Part shown: one piece after another, positions 1 through 13,652 of the stretch | How the letters are laid out: every line of letters begins with the position of its first letter | Numbering within the stretch: the stretch's first letter is position 1 | NCBI GenBank assembly: GCA_951406725.2 | Contig: OX597823.1 | Coordinates: 77,500,001 to 77,564,000, forward strand | Length of the DNA stretch: 64,000 bases | Origin: Octopus vulgaris | Taxonomy: Eukaryota | Reading direction: 5' to 3' | The notes under the pieces: generated by a model | The model's input: only the letters and a program-made list of their open reading frames with translations | Told to the model about the DNA's origin: nothing | The model's database searches: none | Program-made: the position numbers and the translations under genes

Positions 1-370
1 TGTTAAACTGTCATATGTCCAAATTTGGCCAAACGTGCTTTTACCATTATTCAATTTTGCTTGCAATAGCTGATTCTTTTGGTCCAACTATCGTATCTAC
101 AGCTGTTTCAGATGCCAAGACATGACAATTGTCAAAGCATAGTACAACAGTTTAGCATTTTTCAAAAGTGTTGTATGTCCCACATACGGCAGTTTTGCAA
201 AAATATTTCTGACTGAAAATATCATACATGCATGGAATCAAGGATTTTATGCACCCAACAAAGTATTATTGTTAAACTGAAACTGTTGCTAATGTAAAAA
301 GAAATGGAATTGTGAAACTATTTTTCCATTTTCTGAAAAAGCAACGTTTTGGACATATGACACTTTTGCA
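1..370. mobile_element. DNA transposon/MITE remnant with inverted and subterminal repeats (may extend beyond the window start)
   Basis: TGTCATATGTCCAAA (9-23) is the reverse complement of TTTGGACATATGACA (348-362). Related motifs CATATGACACTTTTGCA and CATACGGCAGTTTTGCA recur internally. Confidence 0.4.
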
Positions 371-2228
371 TAATAGCAACAATATATGTGTGAGAGAAGT
401 ATGTATATATGTATAAGTACTCATGCACAAGTATGTACACACACGTGTGTGTATAACTACAGTCATGTGTACCATCCATAACAATATTGAACACATATAT
501 ATTACGCATAAATAAGCAGTTATGCAAATTACCATTTTTTTTCTCTTGGCAATTTTCTCTCATTTTTCTTTCATTTCCATTGTACCTTTCATATTTCTCA
601 TGCCCCTCTCTCTGTCACTCTCTTACTCACTCTCTCTCTCTCTCTCTTAAAATTAATCTCCACTCTTTTAGCTTGCCTCCACCCTGCAGACACACATGCA
701 GTGCCACAATGCCACCATACGTTGCTTGGTTTCTGTTATCATTCTCTTTAGTACCATACTTGTATATATGTAATTCTCTCAATCACACTCTCTCTCCTTC
801 TCTCTCCCTCTCTCTCTCTCTCTCTACTCCACTCTCTACCGACATCAAACCTTATACTCAGCACCTTCAACACTTAGAGATACCCTCTCTCAGTCTCTCT
901 AGTTTATCTTTATTTTTACCCTATACTCTTCTTTCTTTTTCCTTATTGCCATGGCACTTTCCTTCTTCTCTTTCTCCTACTTGTATTGATAATAATTACT
1001 TTTTATATGTGATTTTATATGTATATTTTAATATTCATGTTTTTATTTGTCTGTATGAAAAATTGGACGCATGTGTGTACGTTGTGTGCAAAATAAAATC
1101 TAACCAATATGATTGCGTCTGCTTCATTTGCATGTTTGTGTATAGGTGCGTATGGTTATGTGTATGCTCATGCATAAAAATGTGTGTGTAAGTGTATACA
1201 GCTGTATACAAGCAAAAAACATGAAATATGTATTTGTATAAGTTTGCATACACACATACATACATATACATATATATGTGTGTGAATATACGCATATATA
1301 TATATATATATACACATATACATATATAAATTTGTATACAAGTTTGTATCAATCACCAGTGATATAGAATTTACACAAGTTCACAATTATATATGTCTTT
1401 AACCAAAATCATAATGCTTAATGCATATTATATACTGTGTAGGCGTGTCGATATGCGTGTGTGTGTGTGTGTGTGTATATATATTTATAAGTAAAATCAT
1501 ATTAAACTGTGTTTACTGCTAAATATCATTTTCACTTGTTATTATAATATATATACATATAACATATAAATCAATGTTTGCTATGAAATATCTTTAATTT
1601 TAAATTAAGTCTGTCTACTTTGATTGAAGATTCTATTTTGAATGGACTACTAAATTCCAAAATGAAATGAAAATTCTGTTTTACCAAATATAATGTTTGA
1701 TAAATTATAAGATGGTATTGGTTTCTTTGCACCATTGTCTGTTTGCAGTGTATATTTTTTTTTGTTTTTTTTTTCCCTTTTTGTTTCTATCTCATTATCA
1801 GTAAAATTTTTCAGCTGATTCTAATGAATCATTTGTTTTATTATTTAAGCTATATTTTTTACCTTTTTCTTATTTAACAATATTGCTGCTAGATTTAATG
1901 ACTCATGTATCTTTGCAATCACATTTGATTTTTGAAGTTAAAGGTAATTTATAAAATGGAATTCCTGCATGCCACAAATATTTCCATCAAATTACATTGG
2001 TCAAACAATATTTTCCCAAAAATATGTCAATTACATTCCGCTTACAAGTCTGATAAAATTGTCAGTCATCATTTAACATGAATTTTCCATGCCAGCATCA
2101 GTTAGTTTGTTCAGCAAGAGCCAAGTCAGATAACTGTGCCAAGCTCCAATATCTGCTTCGACATGGTTTCCACAGCTGGATACCGTTCCTAATGCTAACC
2201 ATTTTACAGACTTAACTGGTGAGATTAG

Positions 2229-2455
2229 TTCAACTTTAGTATTCAAATTACTTCGTCAAATGTCCTGCTTGTTTATTCATATTGTATTTAATTAATCATG
2301 CATTATTGCATAGCTTTAAGACCTTGATGATATGATTGCTTAGTTTTCGAATGACATTGCAGGGCTGGTGTGAAGAGCTGGATCTGGCCAATTTCAACAG
2401 GAAACAAGTAGATAATTAGGATCAGATATGACTGGTTGAAATGCTAAAAGGTTAT
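2229..2455. mobile_element. piggyBac-like MITE (degenerate)
   Basis: Ends TTCAACTTTAGTATTC and AATGCTAAAAGGTTAT resemble TTAA-CCCTTTAGCATT inverted termini. A related copy lies in opposite orientation at 29747-29960. Confidence 0.5.
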
Positions 2456-2493
2456 ATTGCACTATATATGTATATGGTATCTGTACAGGTCTA

Positions 2494-2855
2494 TACTCTA
2501 CTACTCTTTTACTTGTTTCACTCATTTGACTGTGGCCATGCAGGAGCATCACCTTTAGTCGAGCAAATCAACCGCAAGACTTATTCTTTGTAAGCTTAGT
2601 ACTTATTTTATTGGTCTCTTTTGCCGAACCGCTAAGTTACGGGGGTCATAAACACACCAGCATCGGTTGTCAAGCATATATATACAAATATACGACGGGC
2701 TTCTTTAGGTTTCTGTATACCAAATCCACTCACAAGGCCTTGGTCGGCCCAAGGCTATAGCAGAAGACACTTGTCCAAAGTGCCATGCAGTGGGACTGAA
2801 CTCAGAACCATGTGGTTCATAAGCCAGCTACATTCCACACAGCCCCTTCTACACC
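2494..2855 (-). mobile_element. tRNA-derived SINE, family A
   Basis: Reverse-complement head with A/B-box-like GGCTGTGTGG and GAGTTCAGTCCC, internal microsatellite and a GAGTA-type tail. More than 10 homologous copies in the window. Confidence 0.85.
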
Positions 2856-2981
2856 TGTTATGAAAATTATCAGTAAGTAACTAAACAATAACCTTTCCTG
2901 TTTCCAGTAATGGAAAACAAAAAAGAAGTCCTATATACGAATATAAATACATGTGTGTATTGTATAGATATTAATGTATAA

Positions 2982-3310
2982 GTGAAAATGCATGGCCTAG
3001 TGGTTAGGATATGTGGCTCACTATTGAAAGGTCAGGAGTTCAATTCCTGGATTTGTATTGTGTCCTTGAGCAAGACACTTTATTTCACGTTGCTTCAGTT
3101 CACTCAGCTAGTACAAATGGATAGGATCTGTAATTCAAAGGCCCAGCTTTGTCACATTCTTTGTCATGCAAAATCTCCCTAAGAACTTAACATTAAGGGT
3201 AAGCTTGTCTGTGGAGTGCTCAGCCATTTGCACATTATTTTCACGAACAGGCTGTTCTATTGATTGGAAGAACTGGAATCCCTGTTGTCGCGACCAAGCA
3301 AGTGCCAGTT
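2982..3310 (+). mobile_element. tRNA-derived SINE, family E (CORE-like central domain)
   Basis: TGGCCTAGTGG A box, GAGTTCAATTCC B box, then GTGTCCTTGAGCAAGACACTT. Homologous along its length to 42914-43240. Confidence 0.8.
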
Positions 3311-3590
3311 CTTTATTGATATATATATATCAGCTTGCATTTGCCTTTCTCTTTGCAGTATAGTCTGTTGACAAATGTATATAGTTCTATATTTGTATGT
3401 GTTCATTTGCAGACTGTAATCTCTTGTCTGTCTGCACTCTCTCTCTCACTCTCCCCCCCCTCTCTCTCACTGATACACTTTATCATCTTCTAATTCACCC
3501 TTCAAAAGCATTAAGCACATACTTTTCTCTCTTTCTCACTTATACTTATTGATTTCTTTATATCTACCCACCTCCTTCACCTCTGCAACT

Positions 3591-3654
3591 GTGGGAATGA
3601 ACCCGGAACCATGTGGTTGGTAAGCAAGCTACTTACCACACAGCCACTCCTGTG

Positions 3655-3656
<2 letters not shown>
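3591..3656 (-). mobile_element. SINE family A head fragment
   Basis: GTGGGAATGAACCCGGAACCATGTGGTTGGTAAGCAAGCTACTTACCACACAGCCACTCCTGTGCC is the reverse complement of the family A head. Confidence 0.8.
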
Positions 3657-3706
<50 letters not shown>

Positions 3707-3750
3707 GTTATATATATTTATATATTTATATATATTTATATATATATATA

Positions 3751-4150
3751 GGTGCAGGAGTGTCTGTGTGGTTACAAGCATGCTTTCCAACCATGTGGTT
3801 CCAGGTTCAATTCCACTGTGTGGTACCTTGGCCAAGTGTCTTCTATTATAGCCTCAGGCCAACTAAAGTTTTGTGAGTGAATTTAGTAGACAGATACTGA
3901 AAGAAGCCTGCTGTGTATGTGTGTGTGTGTGTGAGTGTGTGTGCATGTGCACATATTTGTGTGTCTATGTTTGTCCCCCCAGCATCTTTTGACAAATGAT
4001 GTTGGTGTGTTTACATCCCCATAACTTGGTGGATTAACAAAAGAGACCAATAGAATAAACACTACGCTTACAAGGAATAAATCCTGGAATCAATCTGTTT
4101 GACTAAACGTAGTGCTGCAGTCAAATTACTGAAAGAAGTAAAAAAAAAAC
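3751..4150 (+). mobile_element. SINE family A
   Basis: Head GGTGCAGGAGTGTCTGTGTGG, B-box-like GGTTCAATTCC, internal (GT)n and family A tail. Confidence 0.85.
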
Positions 4151-4473
4151 AGACTAAAAAGAATATATATATGCATATATACACATATATATGCATACAT
4201 ACATATATACATACATATATACATACATACACACATATATATATATATATATATATAAATACACACACACATATTTATGCGTGTGTGTGTGTGTGATTCT
4301 GTATAGTGACATTAAGTGACAGTAGTAGATTTGCATCACTGACATACAAGTGTCATTGCTAATATGAAGGGCATGTAGTTACAGAAAATCTGTCTCAACA
4401 AACGCCCTCTAATCCAAGCAAGTAAAATAATTATACATACATACATACATACATACATACATACATACATACA

Positions 4474-4529
<56 letters not shown>

Positions 4530-4632
4530 AGTAAGCTCATAAATGCAATACAAGGTGAAAAATAGTTCTAATATATTATAAATATTTTTTTCACGTCTAA
4601 TAAAAATATATGTTTGTATGTGTATATATATA

Positions 4633-4664
<32 letters not shown>

Positions 4665-4711
4665 CACACACATATACTTGCACAAATATACATATACATA
4701 TGTACATATAT

Positions 4712-4763
<52 letters not shown>

Positions 4764-4775
4764 ATACACATCCAT

Positions 4776-4837
<62 letters not shown>

Positions 4838-5023
4838 TACATAGATATACATACATACATATATATTTTAAGAAACCTTTTCTTAAAATAACAGTTATTT
4901 ATTATGTAAAAAAACCCTCTAACAAACAGAATGACATGAACGTTTTAGACAGAAACTTTTTCATTGTGCTAAGCACTTTCACTGCTTATAACATGTATAC
5001 ATATACATATATTCATACATACA

Positions 5024-5068
<45 letters not shown>

Positions 5069-5532
5069 ATATATACCCACATCGACATAGACATATATAT
5101 CTTACTGGTAATTAAAATAATTCATTTTTCATTTTTGTCTGTGAAGGTTTCCGGTAATTTTTTACATCGTGTTCACCCCAAACCTATCACACGGCCACTG
5201 AAATTGTTCACCACAACATTTCATTTACATCTACGTTTTTACAAAAGCTTCATTTCAATGAATCTATTCAATTCACAGACACTTCTGAATAATAACAATA
5301 TTCACTTCTGTGTCATTATTCCCATCTTTTTTTCTTTATACCATTGTGGCTATTATACTTTTTAATACAACAACAAAAATTGATTTTAAGTTAGGTATTA
5401 GCTCCTTTGATGTTTGACTATTTGTAACTTGGAATGGTGTTTTTATTTATTTATTTATCTATTTATTTATTTTTGTGGTGGGGTGGAGGGGTTGCTGTTG
5501 TTGTTGTTGATGTCTGAACAAGCAGACCTGTG

Positions 5533-5813
5533 GTCAATGTCATACCCGATGCTCTAGAAATAGCAACCAAATCTTCAACAATTCACAGTTTAATGTCTTA
5601 AAACACACAAACACGCCACATAATCTTAGTGAGAATGCTTTTCACTGTTTGCTTGTTTGATCAGAGATGAAACGGTAGATAAAACGATCTTCAAAAGATG
5701 AGAATACAAAAATATTCTTCCTAAACATACAAGCAAACAGCCACAGCTGGAAAGTTTTCTAGTCTCTATCAGAGCTGACCTCTGGTTAAACAATAATCAC
5801 TATGTTTTGAAGT

Positions 5814-5850
<37 letters not shown>

Positions 5851-5890
5851 AAGCTTTTGAAAAATTCCTGGCTTTGAGGACCTCTAAAGA
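5533..5890 (+). repeat. Local duplication, copy 1 (contains the empty Helitron site)
   Basis: Aligns by eye to 10404-10543 plus 10823-11012. Confidence 0.85.
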
Positions 5891-6057
5891 CTTGGCTGGA
5901 GGCTCAACCTTCCAAGTTCTTTTACAGGACTTAGTAAAGCTGAAAGACCACTGCAAAAAGTGTATGAATCTCAGGGGAAAATGTTGAATAAAAACAATTA
6001 AATGACCCTCCTGTATTTTCTTATGCTCAGACCTGGAAACCTTTCAGCACACCCTCA
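5847..6057 (+). mobile_element. mariner-derived MITE
   Basis: Degenerate inverted termini (GAAAAATTCCTGGCT ... GGAAACCTTTCAGCACACCCTCATA). The interior encodes a decayed GLxKLKDxCxKCxNLRG-like mariner transposase C-terminus. Homologous to 45041-45258 and 45640-45850. Confidence 0.7.
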
Positions 6058-6697
6058 TATATTCCTGCTTTATCTTTTACTCTTTTCGATATTTCATTCA
6101 TCAGACAGTGAGTATGGAAAGGTACAACTGAAGTGTTTTAGTTGATCAGATTATCCACAGTACATATTTTAAGTCTGGAATTCTGCTAGTTTCCTTTCAT
6201 TGAAGCATTAAGATATGGAAATGTCATCAGACTAACACGTTGTCAAGCAATAGAAGACATACATAAACCAAAGATGTGTACATGCATGCACACATAACAT
6301 AGACACATACACATATACATAAATCTATCAATATGTCTCTATGGTTATATCAATATATAAGCACTCACACACATACATGCACACACAAGCACACTTATAT
6401 CAAGAAAAAAAAACAGAACAAAAATCCAAGAGATAGTTTATGGCCATGGGCTTTGTAGAAGATATTTGCCCAAGGTGTTGGGCAGTGGGACTGAATACAA
6501 AACGATATTCTTGGTAAAAGGTCTTCTATTTTTGCCAAATGATTAGCAGAGAACTCAATAAAATTGGAAAAACAGACAAAGAAAGAATAATAGGGTTTAG
6601 AGAAACAATATAATGATGTATGAATGGAGTTAAAACAGAGGAACACTTGAAAATATCAAACTACATTCTGAAACAGTCAAATGACTGAAGCAAGCAA

Positions 6698-6748
<51 letters not shown>

Positions 6749-6919
6749 AAACAGGTTTTGTTGAATTTTCTGCTGCTTTAAATAAAGTATATATATATAT
6801 ATATATACATATCGATATAGATATATAGATAGGTAAATACATACACACATACATACATACATAAATAGACACACATTCACACACATATATATACACGCAT
6901 ATTCATATAAATACATACA

Positions 6920-6982
<63 letters not shown>

Positions 6983-7922
6983 GTATATATATGTATTTAT
7001 TTATATATATATGTGTGTGTGTGTGTATGTATATATATATGCTAGCATGAAAGGTGGATGTTAAACGATGATGATGATGATGATGATGGTGATATATATT
7101 TCTATGTATTGCAATCCACTTTTATTTCCAACATATTACATATACATACGCATGAGTGTTTGTGATGTGTTTGTTTGTGTAAGTGTGTGTGCATATGCAT
7201 ATATCACAGAGTTTGAGAAATTCAATCTGGTAAACATGATATCTTGCTGAAAACAATCTTCACCAACAAAATTATGAAGACAGTGAAAAATATGATGCTA
7301 ATGAATATGGACAATGTCAGATAAAATGCACGGCGCTGAACTTTTGTATATAAACTTTCTCCGCTTATAATGAAATTATATTCACTCAAGTAATTGACTG
7401 CTACTTGTTTTATGAACCCAAAATGAATAATAAAAGCTAAATTTGACACATGGTCTGGTTTGAACCCAGATTGCAGAGGTTCATTTATAAATGCCAGAAT
7501 GTATTTTGTTTAACATACTAACAGTTTTGAACAATTTCTAGCATTGGCTCAAGGATAGCAGGCTAATACTTCGAAGTCACTATTACTTCACTTCTTATAA
7601 AAGATTAATACACATCCTAGGATAATTTTCTACATTTCTTAACATTATTTGTGTAACCTTAATTCACAAATAAAGAAATTATATCCAACAATGCGGTGCT
7701 GAGCACTAATTTTCATAATTTGACATAAAATCCCAAATTGATACTCATTATTAGGTAGCACATCAACTCATCAGAGAAATGGATGAATTTTCATGTAGTC
7801 AATTGACTGATACAGACGCTGTTTATGAAAAAGGTGTTATTTAAAAAGTTATTGGTATAGTTGTGTATTGGTATAAACTTGAGCTTAAAAGTTTGAAAAA
7901 ATAAATCCATGGTAATATAAAT

Positions 7923-7959
<37 letters not shown>

Positions 7960-8970
7960 CCTAATATATTTATATATATATAGATAAAACCCTAATATAT
8001 ATATATATATATAAAACCCTAATTTTAAATCAAATAAAACTTAATCATAATAATTAGATATAATGTATAATCATATTTTTTATTATTTAGTATTACGAGA
8101 ATATATCTACTTATTTATATATAAATGTAAGATGATATCTAATTAACTTCTAATTTCAGATATTTTTGTTTCTTAATAAAAATCTATAGTATAGTTTTAG
8201 ATGATATTATTCTAAACTTTTAATCTTTCTTTAGAAACTCAAGTTTAAGAATAACGTCAATTTTAAGGATAATAGTATAATCAATATATATTAATTGTAT
8301 TATAATTATAGAAATAATAAAAAATTAAATTTTTACTGATTTTACTGTCTTTTACTTAGTTCAAAATATTTTTAATTATTTTAAAATTTTATGTTGAGTT
8401 ACCTATTTACCAACATAGAAGTTTATTATTTATCAAAGTTAACATAAAAACAAATTAAATTAACCAGAAGTTGGATTATACAATTGATGGTAGCCATGTT
8501 TAATTCATGGAGAGAAAGTTACCATACAGATAAGTTAAAATTTCTTTTTACTACCATTTGTTTTTCCTAGTTTTATTCCACATTTCTGTTCATTATTTAC
8601 TAAAGTAAAATCATTCCAACAACTTCTAGTTATATAATTTGTCATGTCTTAATATACGATGTAAATAGCAAAATAAGTTCATATAAGATAGACCCAATGA
8701 TTGGCAATATAATCATTTTAATATGGTGATTTATAGAGACATTCTATTTCAGCAACATCAAAGAATATGTTGTCATGAAACGTGTGTAGCCATGATAATG
8801 TAAAGTATATGATTTGTAATAAGAATTGAAGGTATTAATTTTGATAATTTGGAATAAGAATTGTAAGTATTAATTTTGATAATTTTAATATTTAGTTCTA
8901 TATGTACTTATTGTGGATAATGTCATTCAATGATGATTGAGTTGCTTGAGGGTGATTCTGTCTCTTAAAC

Positions 8971-9099
<129 letters not shown>

Positions 9100-9102
9100 T
9101 GT

Positions 9103-9380
9103 GTGGAGGCACATAGCCTAGTGGTTAGAGTAGTGGTCTTATGGTCGAGGGATCACAGTTTCGAATCTCAGACCAGGTGATGTGTGTGTTTATGAGTGAA
9201 ACACCTAAGCTCCATGCGGCTCTGGCAGAAGGTTATGGTGAACTTCTGTTTACTCTTTTGCCACAACTTTCTCTCACCTGCAATAGACCAGCATCCAGGT
9301 GGGGAACCTATACGCCAAGGAAACCGGAAAACCAGCCCTTATGAGCCAGGCATGGCTCGAGAAGGAACAAACAAACAAAC
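9103..9380 (+). mobile_element. tRNA-derived SINE, family B
   Basis: GTGGAGGCACATAGCCTAGTGG head, TTCGAATCTC B box and (CAAA)n tail, flanked by ATATATATGCAT on both sides. Homologous to 34423-34722 and 53128-53427. Confidence 0.85.
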
Positions 9381-9439
9381 ATATATATGCATAGAAAATA
9401 TAAATAATATATATAACATATATACACGCATGAAAAAAC

Positions 9440-9731
9440 ATTCGAGCGAGGTCGTTGCCAGTGCTGCTGGACTGGTTCCTGTGCAGGTGGCATGTAAAAT
9501 CACCATTTGAGCGTGGCTGTTGCCAGTACCACCTGACTGGCCCTTGTGCCGGTGGCATGTAAAAGCACCCACTACACTCTGAGTGGTTGGCGTTAGGAAG
9601 GGCATCCAGCTGTAGAAACTCTGCCAGATCAGACCGGAGCCTGGTGCAGCCATCTGGTTTGCCAGTCCTCAGTCAAATCGTCCAACCCATGCTAGTATGG
9701 AGAGCGGACGTTCAACGATGATGATGATGAT
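9440..9731 (+). mobile_element. RTE-related non-autonomous retroelement (family C)
   Basis: GTTAGGAAGGGCATCCAGCTGTAGAAAC domain, CCCATGCTAGTATGG hairpin, (GAT)n tail and internal GGTGGCATGTAAAA repeats. Other copies at about 15670, 30105, 54872 and 59944. Confidence 0.75.
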
Positions 9732-10543
9732 ATACACAATAGACTTCTTTCGGCTCACAAGGCTATAGTAGAAGACACTTGTCTGGAGTGCCATGCAGTA
9801 AAACTGAACCTGGAGTGATGTGGCTGGGAAGCAAGCTTCTTATCCCACAGCCACACCTAGGTGTTACATTTGTAGAACCAATACATTATCTGACTGAATG
9901 CATTATATTATTTAGATACAGTCTTTATATTTTGAGTTCAAACTCCACCAAGGTCGGCTTTACCTTTCATTGCCCTGGAGTAAATAAAATAAAGTATTTA
10001 TTCATGTATTGCGATTGATTTGTTTGATTATACCCTCCACACCAATATGTGTGGCCTCGTGACATTATTAGCAATCAATAATATGTAGGATGATGATGTT
10101 TTTTTGAAATGTCCATTGCTACCTAAAACTATAAACAAGGTGAATCATAAGACAGCCGTGTGTTGTTGTTATTGTATTGTTAACCTTGAGTATTATTGTA
10201 TTCTTATCATATTATTGTTATTGTATAGCTACCCTGATTGTGGATACATAGTAAAATGTTTACATCCAATCACCATGATTTCAGGTTCAATCCCACAGCA
10301 TGGCATCTTGGCCAAGAGTCTCAAAAGGCTTATGTATGTATATATTTACACAGAGGCAATTATGCAGATAAACAAATTAAATATATTAAATATATTAAAT
10401 ATAGTCAATGTCATACCTGATGCTCTAGAAATAGCAGCCAAATCTTCAACGATTCACAGTTTAATGGCTTAAAACACACAAACACACTACATGGTCTTAG
10501 TGAGAATGCTTTTCACTGTTTGCCTGTTTGATCAGAGATGAAA

Positions 10544-10822
10544 TCTTTATATATAAAAGTGAAGATTTAGATTCCTAACTACTCCCACATTTTGCAGTGC
10601 AGTTTAATTAAAAGTGGGTATCTTATAGTCATGATTCATATCGAGCCCTTCTGGATATTAGCGCGTGTCTACAATGAGTCTACGATTTAAAAAGAAATTT
10701 ACCATCATTTTTTCCCCTTTTTAATGCATTTTTTTTCTACTGTATAAGGGAAGTAACTCTCTAAAAATGCTTATATAGTTATTTCCCTTACAAACCCGAG
10801 CAACGCCGGGCGATACTTCTAG
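10544..10822 (+). mobile_element. Non-autonomous Helitron (internally deleted copy)
   Basis: 5' TC, 3' hairpin CCCGAGCAACGCCGGG then CTAG, inserted between A and T without a TSD. Homologous to 31932-32327. Confidence 0.9.
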
Positions 10823-11474
10823 TGATAGATAAAACGATCTTCAAAAATGTTGTTCCTAAATATACAAACAAATCACCACAGCTTGAAAGTTTTCTATTCC
10901 CTATTAGAGCTGACCTGTGGTTAAACAATAAACAATATGTTTTCAAGCACACACACACACATACACACATGAGAAGCTGTTGAAAAATTCCTGGCTTTAA
11001 GGACCTCTAAAGGCCTTATGGAATTGATCTCCTGCAAAGACATCAGAATCTAAGTTTGAATCCTTTGAGCACTACTAAGTGTCCTCTATACTGAGAATCC
11101 CTAATGTCCCCTTGTCTTAGTGTGATAGTTGTAAAATATGTGTCACTGTCATACAAGCAGTGTCGTTTATTTCCGATATTCTGTGGAAACAAGTCTGGTC
11201 ATGGGAAATATTAATTTTGATTGGAAACATGTGAGAGCTGACGGCAGAAATGTCATCAGACCATAGAAAATCTACCTGGACATATTCCATCCGACCCATG
11301 CAAGCATGAAAAAGAGGATGTTAAAATTACAATGATAAGGATTAGATAATTCTTATGCTAACTCTTATCAAGAAGGACTGTCATCAAAAACATTTTAAGT
11401 ATGACCATCTTCAAATGCTTCAGACATTGTCTATCTGAGACAACGCTATCAAATGTATCCCTTTTATAAAAGTA

Positions 11475-11893
11475 TACTCTTTACTCTCTTTTACTTGTTT
11501 CAGTCATTTGACTGTGGCTATGCTGGAGCACCACCTTTAGTCGAGCAAATCGACCCCAAGACTTATTCTTCATAAGCCTAGTACTTATTCTATCGGTCTC
11601 TTTTGCTGAACCGCTAAGTTACGGGGACGTAAACATTCCAGCATCGGTTGTCAAGCAATGTTGGGGAGACAAATACAGACACACAAACATATGCACACAT
11701 ACACACATATATATATACATATATACGATGGGCTTCTTTCAGTTTCCGTCTACCAAATCCACTCACAAGGCTTTTGTTGGCCCGAAGCTATAGTAGAACA
11801 CACTTGCCCAAGGTGCCACGCAGTGGGACTGAACCCAGACCCATGTGGTTCGTGGGCAAGCTCACTTACCACACAGCCACTCACTCCTACGCC
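11475..11893 (-). mobile_element. SINE family A, well-preserved full-length copy
   Basis: Complete head, internal (CA)/(TA) tract and TACTCTTT tail repeats. Confidence 0.9.
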
Positions 11894-12169
11894 TACAGGA
11901 GTACCATTTGATAAAAAAAAAAAAGAATTGGCATTTTGAATGTCCTTGAAGAGGCTCCAGATTTTAGACAGCAAAGCAGTCTATAGCAACAAACATCAAA
12001 CTGTTATATCTTAACAGCAGCATGCAACCAGCCTGGGGAGTCTTGCTTGAACAAACTCTGTACAATGCACTTCATCTTATTGAAAACTAGAAGTTTGTGC
12101 TTCATTTGCCTTCACAGTGGTTGCTATTCTAAACAAAACTGTTTTTAACCTTGTTGCACATTTACCACC

Positions 12170-12225
12170 GCTACCACCACTGTTTCTGCTACTATGACTA
12201 CTACTGCTGCTGCTGTTGTTTTTGT

Positions 12226-12256
<31 letters not shown>

Positions 12257-12905
12257 ACTGCTGCTATGGCCTTGTTATTATATTCCTGTTCGCTTGGCTG
12301 TATTTTAATTTCAAAGAGTCCAATTCAAAATCAATACAGTTACTTATTTCATGTAGGAAATTTCCTTGTGTCTTTTTATGGTAGAGAAAAACTCAAGCTT
12401 TTATCTCTCTACCCCAGCACCCCTTTGTTTCTCTCTCAAATATCACCACCACCACCACCACCACCACCACCACCACCACCACCACCACCACATCATGAAC
12501 AACAATAAAAACAATGGGAATGCTATAATCCACCCCCACCATCACCACTCCGCCGCCGCTGCCTCCACCACCACCACCACCACCACCATTACGACAACCA
12601 CCACCATCACCACCACCACCACCATCACTACCACCACCGCGATCATTACTGCTATCACCATGACCACCATGACCACCACCACCGCCGCTACCGCCGTGAC
12701 CACCAACACCATCACCACCGCTATCACTACCACCACCACCATCACTACCACCACCACCACCACCATCACTACCACTACCACTATCATCACTGCTATCACC
12801 ATGACCACCACCACCATCGCCCACATCATCATCACCACAACCACCATCACCATCACTACTATCACCACCATCACCACTGCTATTGCCATCACCACCACCA
12901 TTACC
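12170..12905. repeat. Compound trinucleotide low-complexity region ((TGC)n then (CAC/CAT)n)
   Basis: Visible directly. Produces poly-C, H, T, P, V and G ORFs in several frames. Confidence 0.9.
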
Positions 12906-13172
12906 TTTCCATCTCCTGCCATCCCTCCCCAATTTAACAAGACCACTATTGCCACAATTACAATGAACCGTAAGAATTTGTTGGAACATAGACTCTTGTC
13001 TTTTTCTACCTCTCTGTCACACACAAGCAACCGCATATAGGCACATATGTGTAAGTGCATAAAAGCACAAAGGGACATAAACACACACACATTGTATGAT
13101 CCTGATAGATTTTCTGGTTTTGAAATGTAAAACATGACTAAATGATATGAGCAAATGGGAGTGAATACATAT

Positions 13173-13215
<43 letters not shown>

Positions 13216-13239
13216 TAAATAGATAGGTAGATAGATAGG

Positions 13240-13292
<53 letters not shown>

Positions 13293-13594
13293 GGTGTGTG
13301 TATGTGCATATATACGCATAGCAAAGCACAATCCCACCACACAAATTCTTTCTAAGAACATTAAAATAGTAGTCTGGTTGTATATACACCTTTTTATATT
13401 GTAATTCTACAAGTATTATACATATATGTATAAATATGTGTGTAAGTGTACACACTCATAATCATGTGCATAGAGAGAGAGGGGGGAGGGAGATACAGAG
13501 AGAGAAAGAGACATACAGAGAGAGAGAGTTAGCGATTGATAGGTAGATAGATAGATAGATAGCAACATAGACAGATAGGCAGACAGTTAGCAAC

Positions 13595-13652
<58 letters not shown>

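Noticed and set aside
94-137. Minus-strand TTGACAA...GAAAC-AGCT-GTA hammerhead-like motif
   Set aside because: Stem I is poor and stem II is out of register, and it lies in an apparent DNA-transposon remnant. It may be chance, so it was not counted.
7955-8023. Interstitial telomeric repeat (CCCTAA)
   Set aside because: Only single hexamers within an 11-nt motif, not tandem TTAGGG.
9103-9175. tRNA gene candidates at SINE heads (also about 34650, 53355, 2982)
   Set aside because: A and B boxes are present, but the acceptor stem is not convincing and each continues into a SINE body.
12366-13342. Long ORFs (poly-H/T mucin-like, poly-G/D, poly-V) over the (CAC)n tract, and likewise at 41110-41628
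   Set aside because: Open in many frames on both strands because the trinucleotide repeat lacks stops. No splice or domain evidence.
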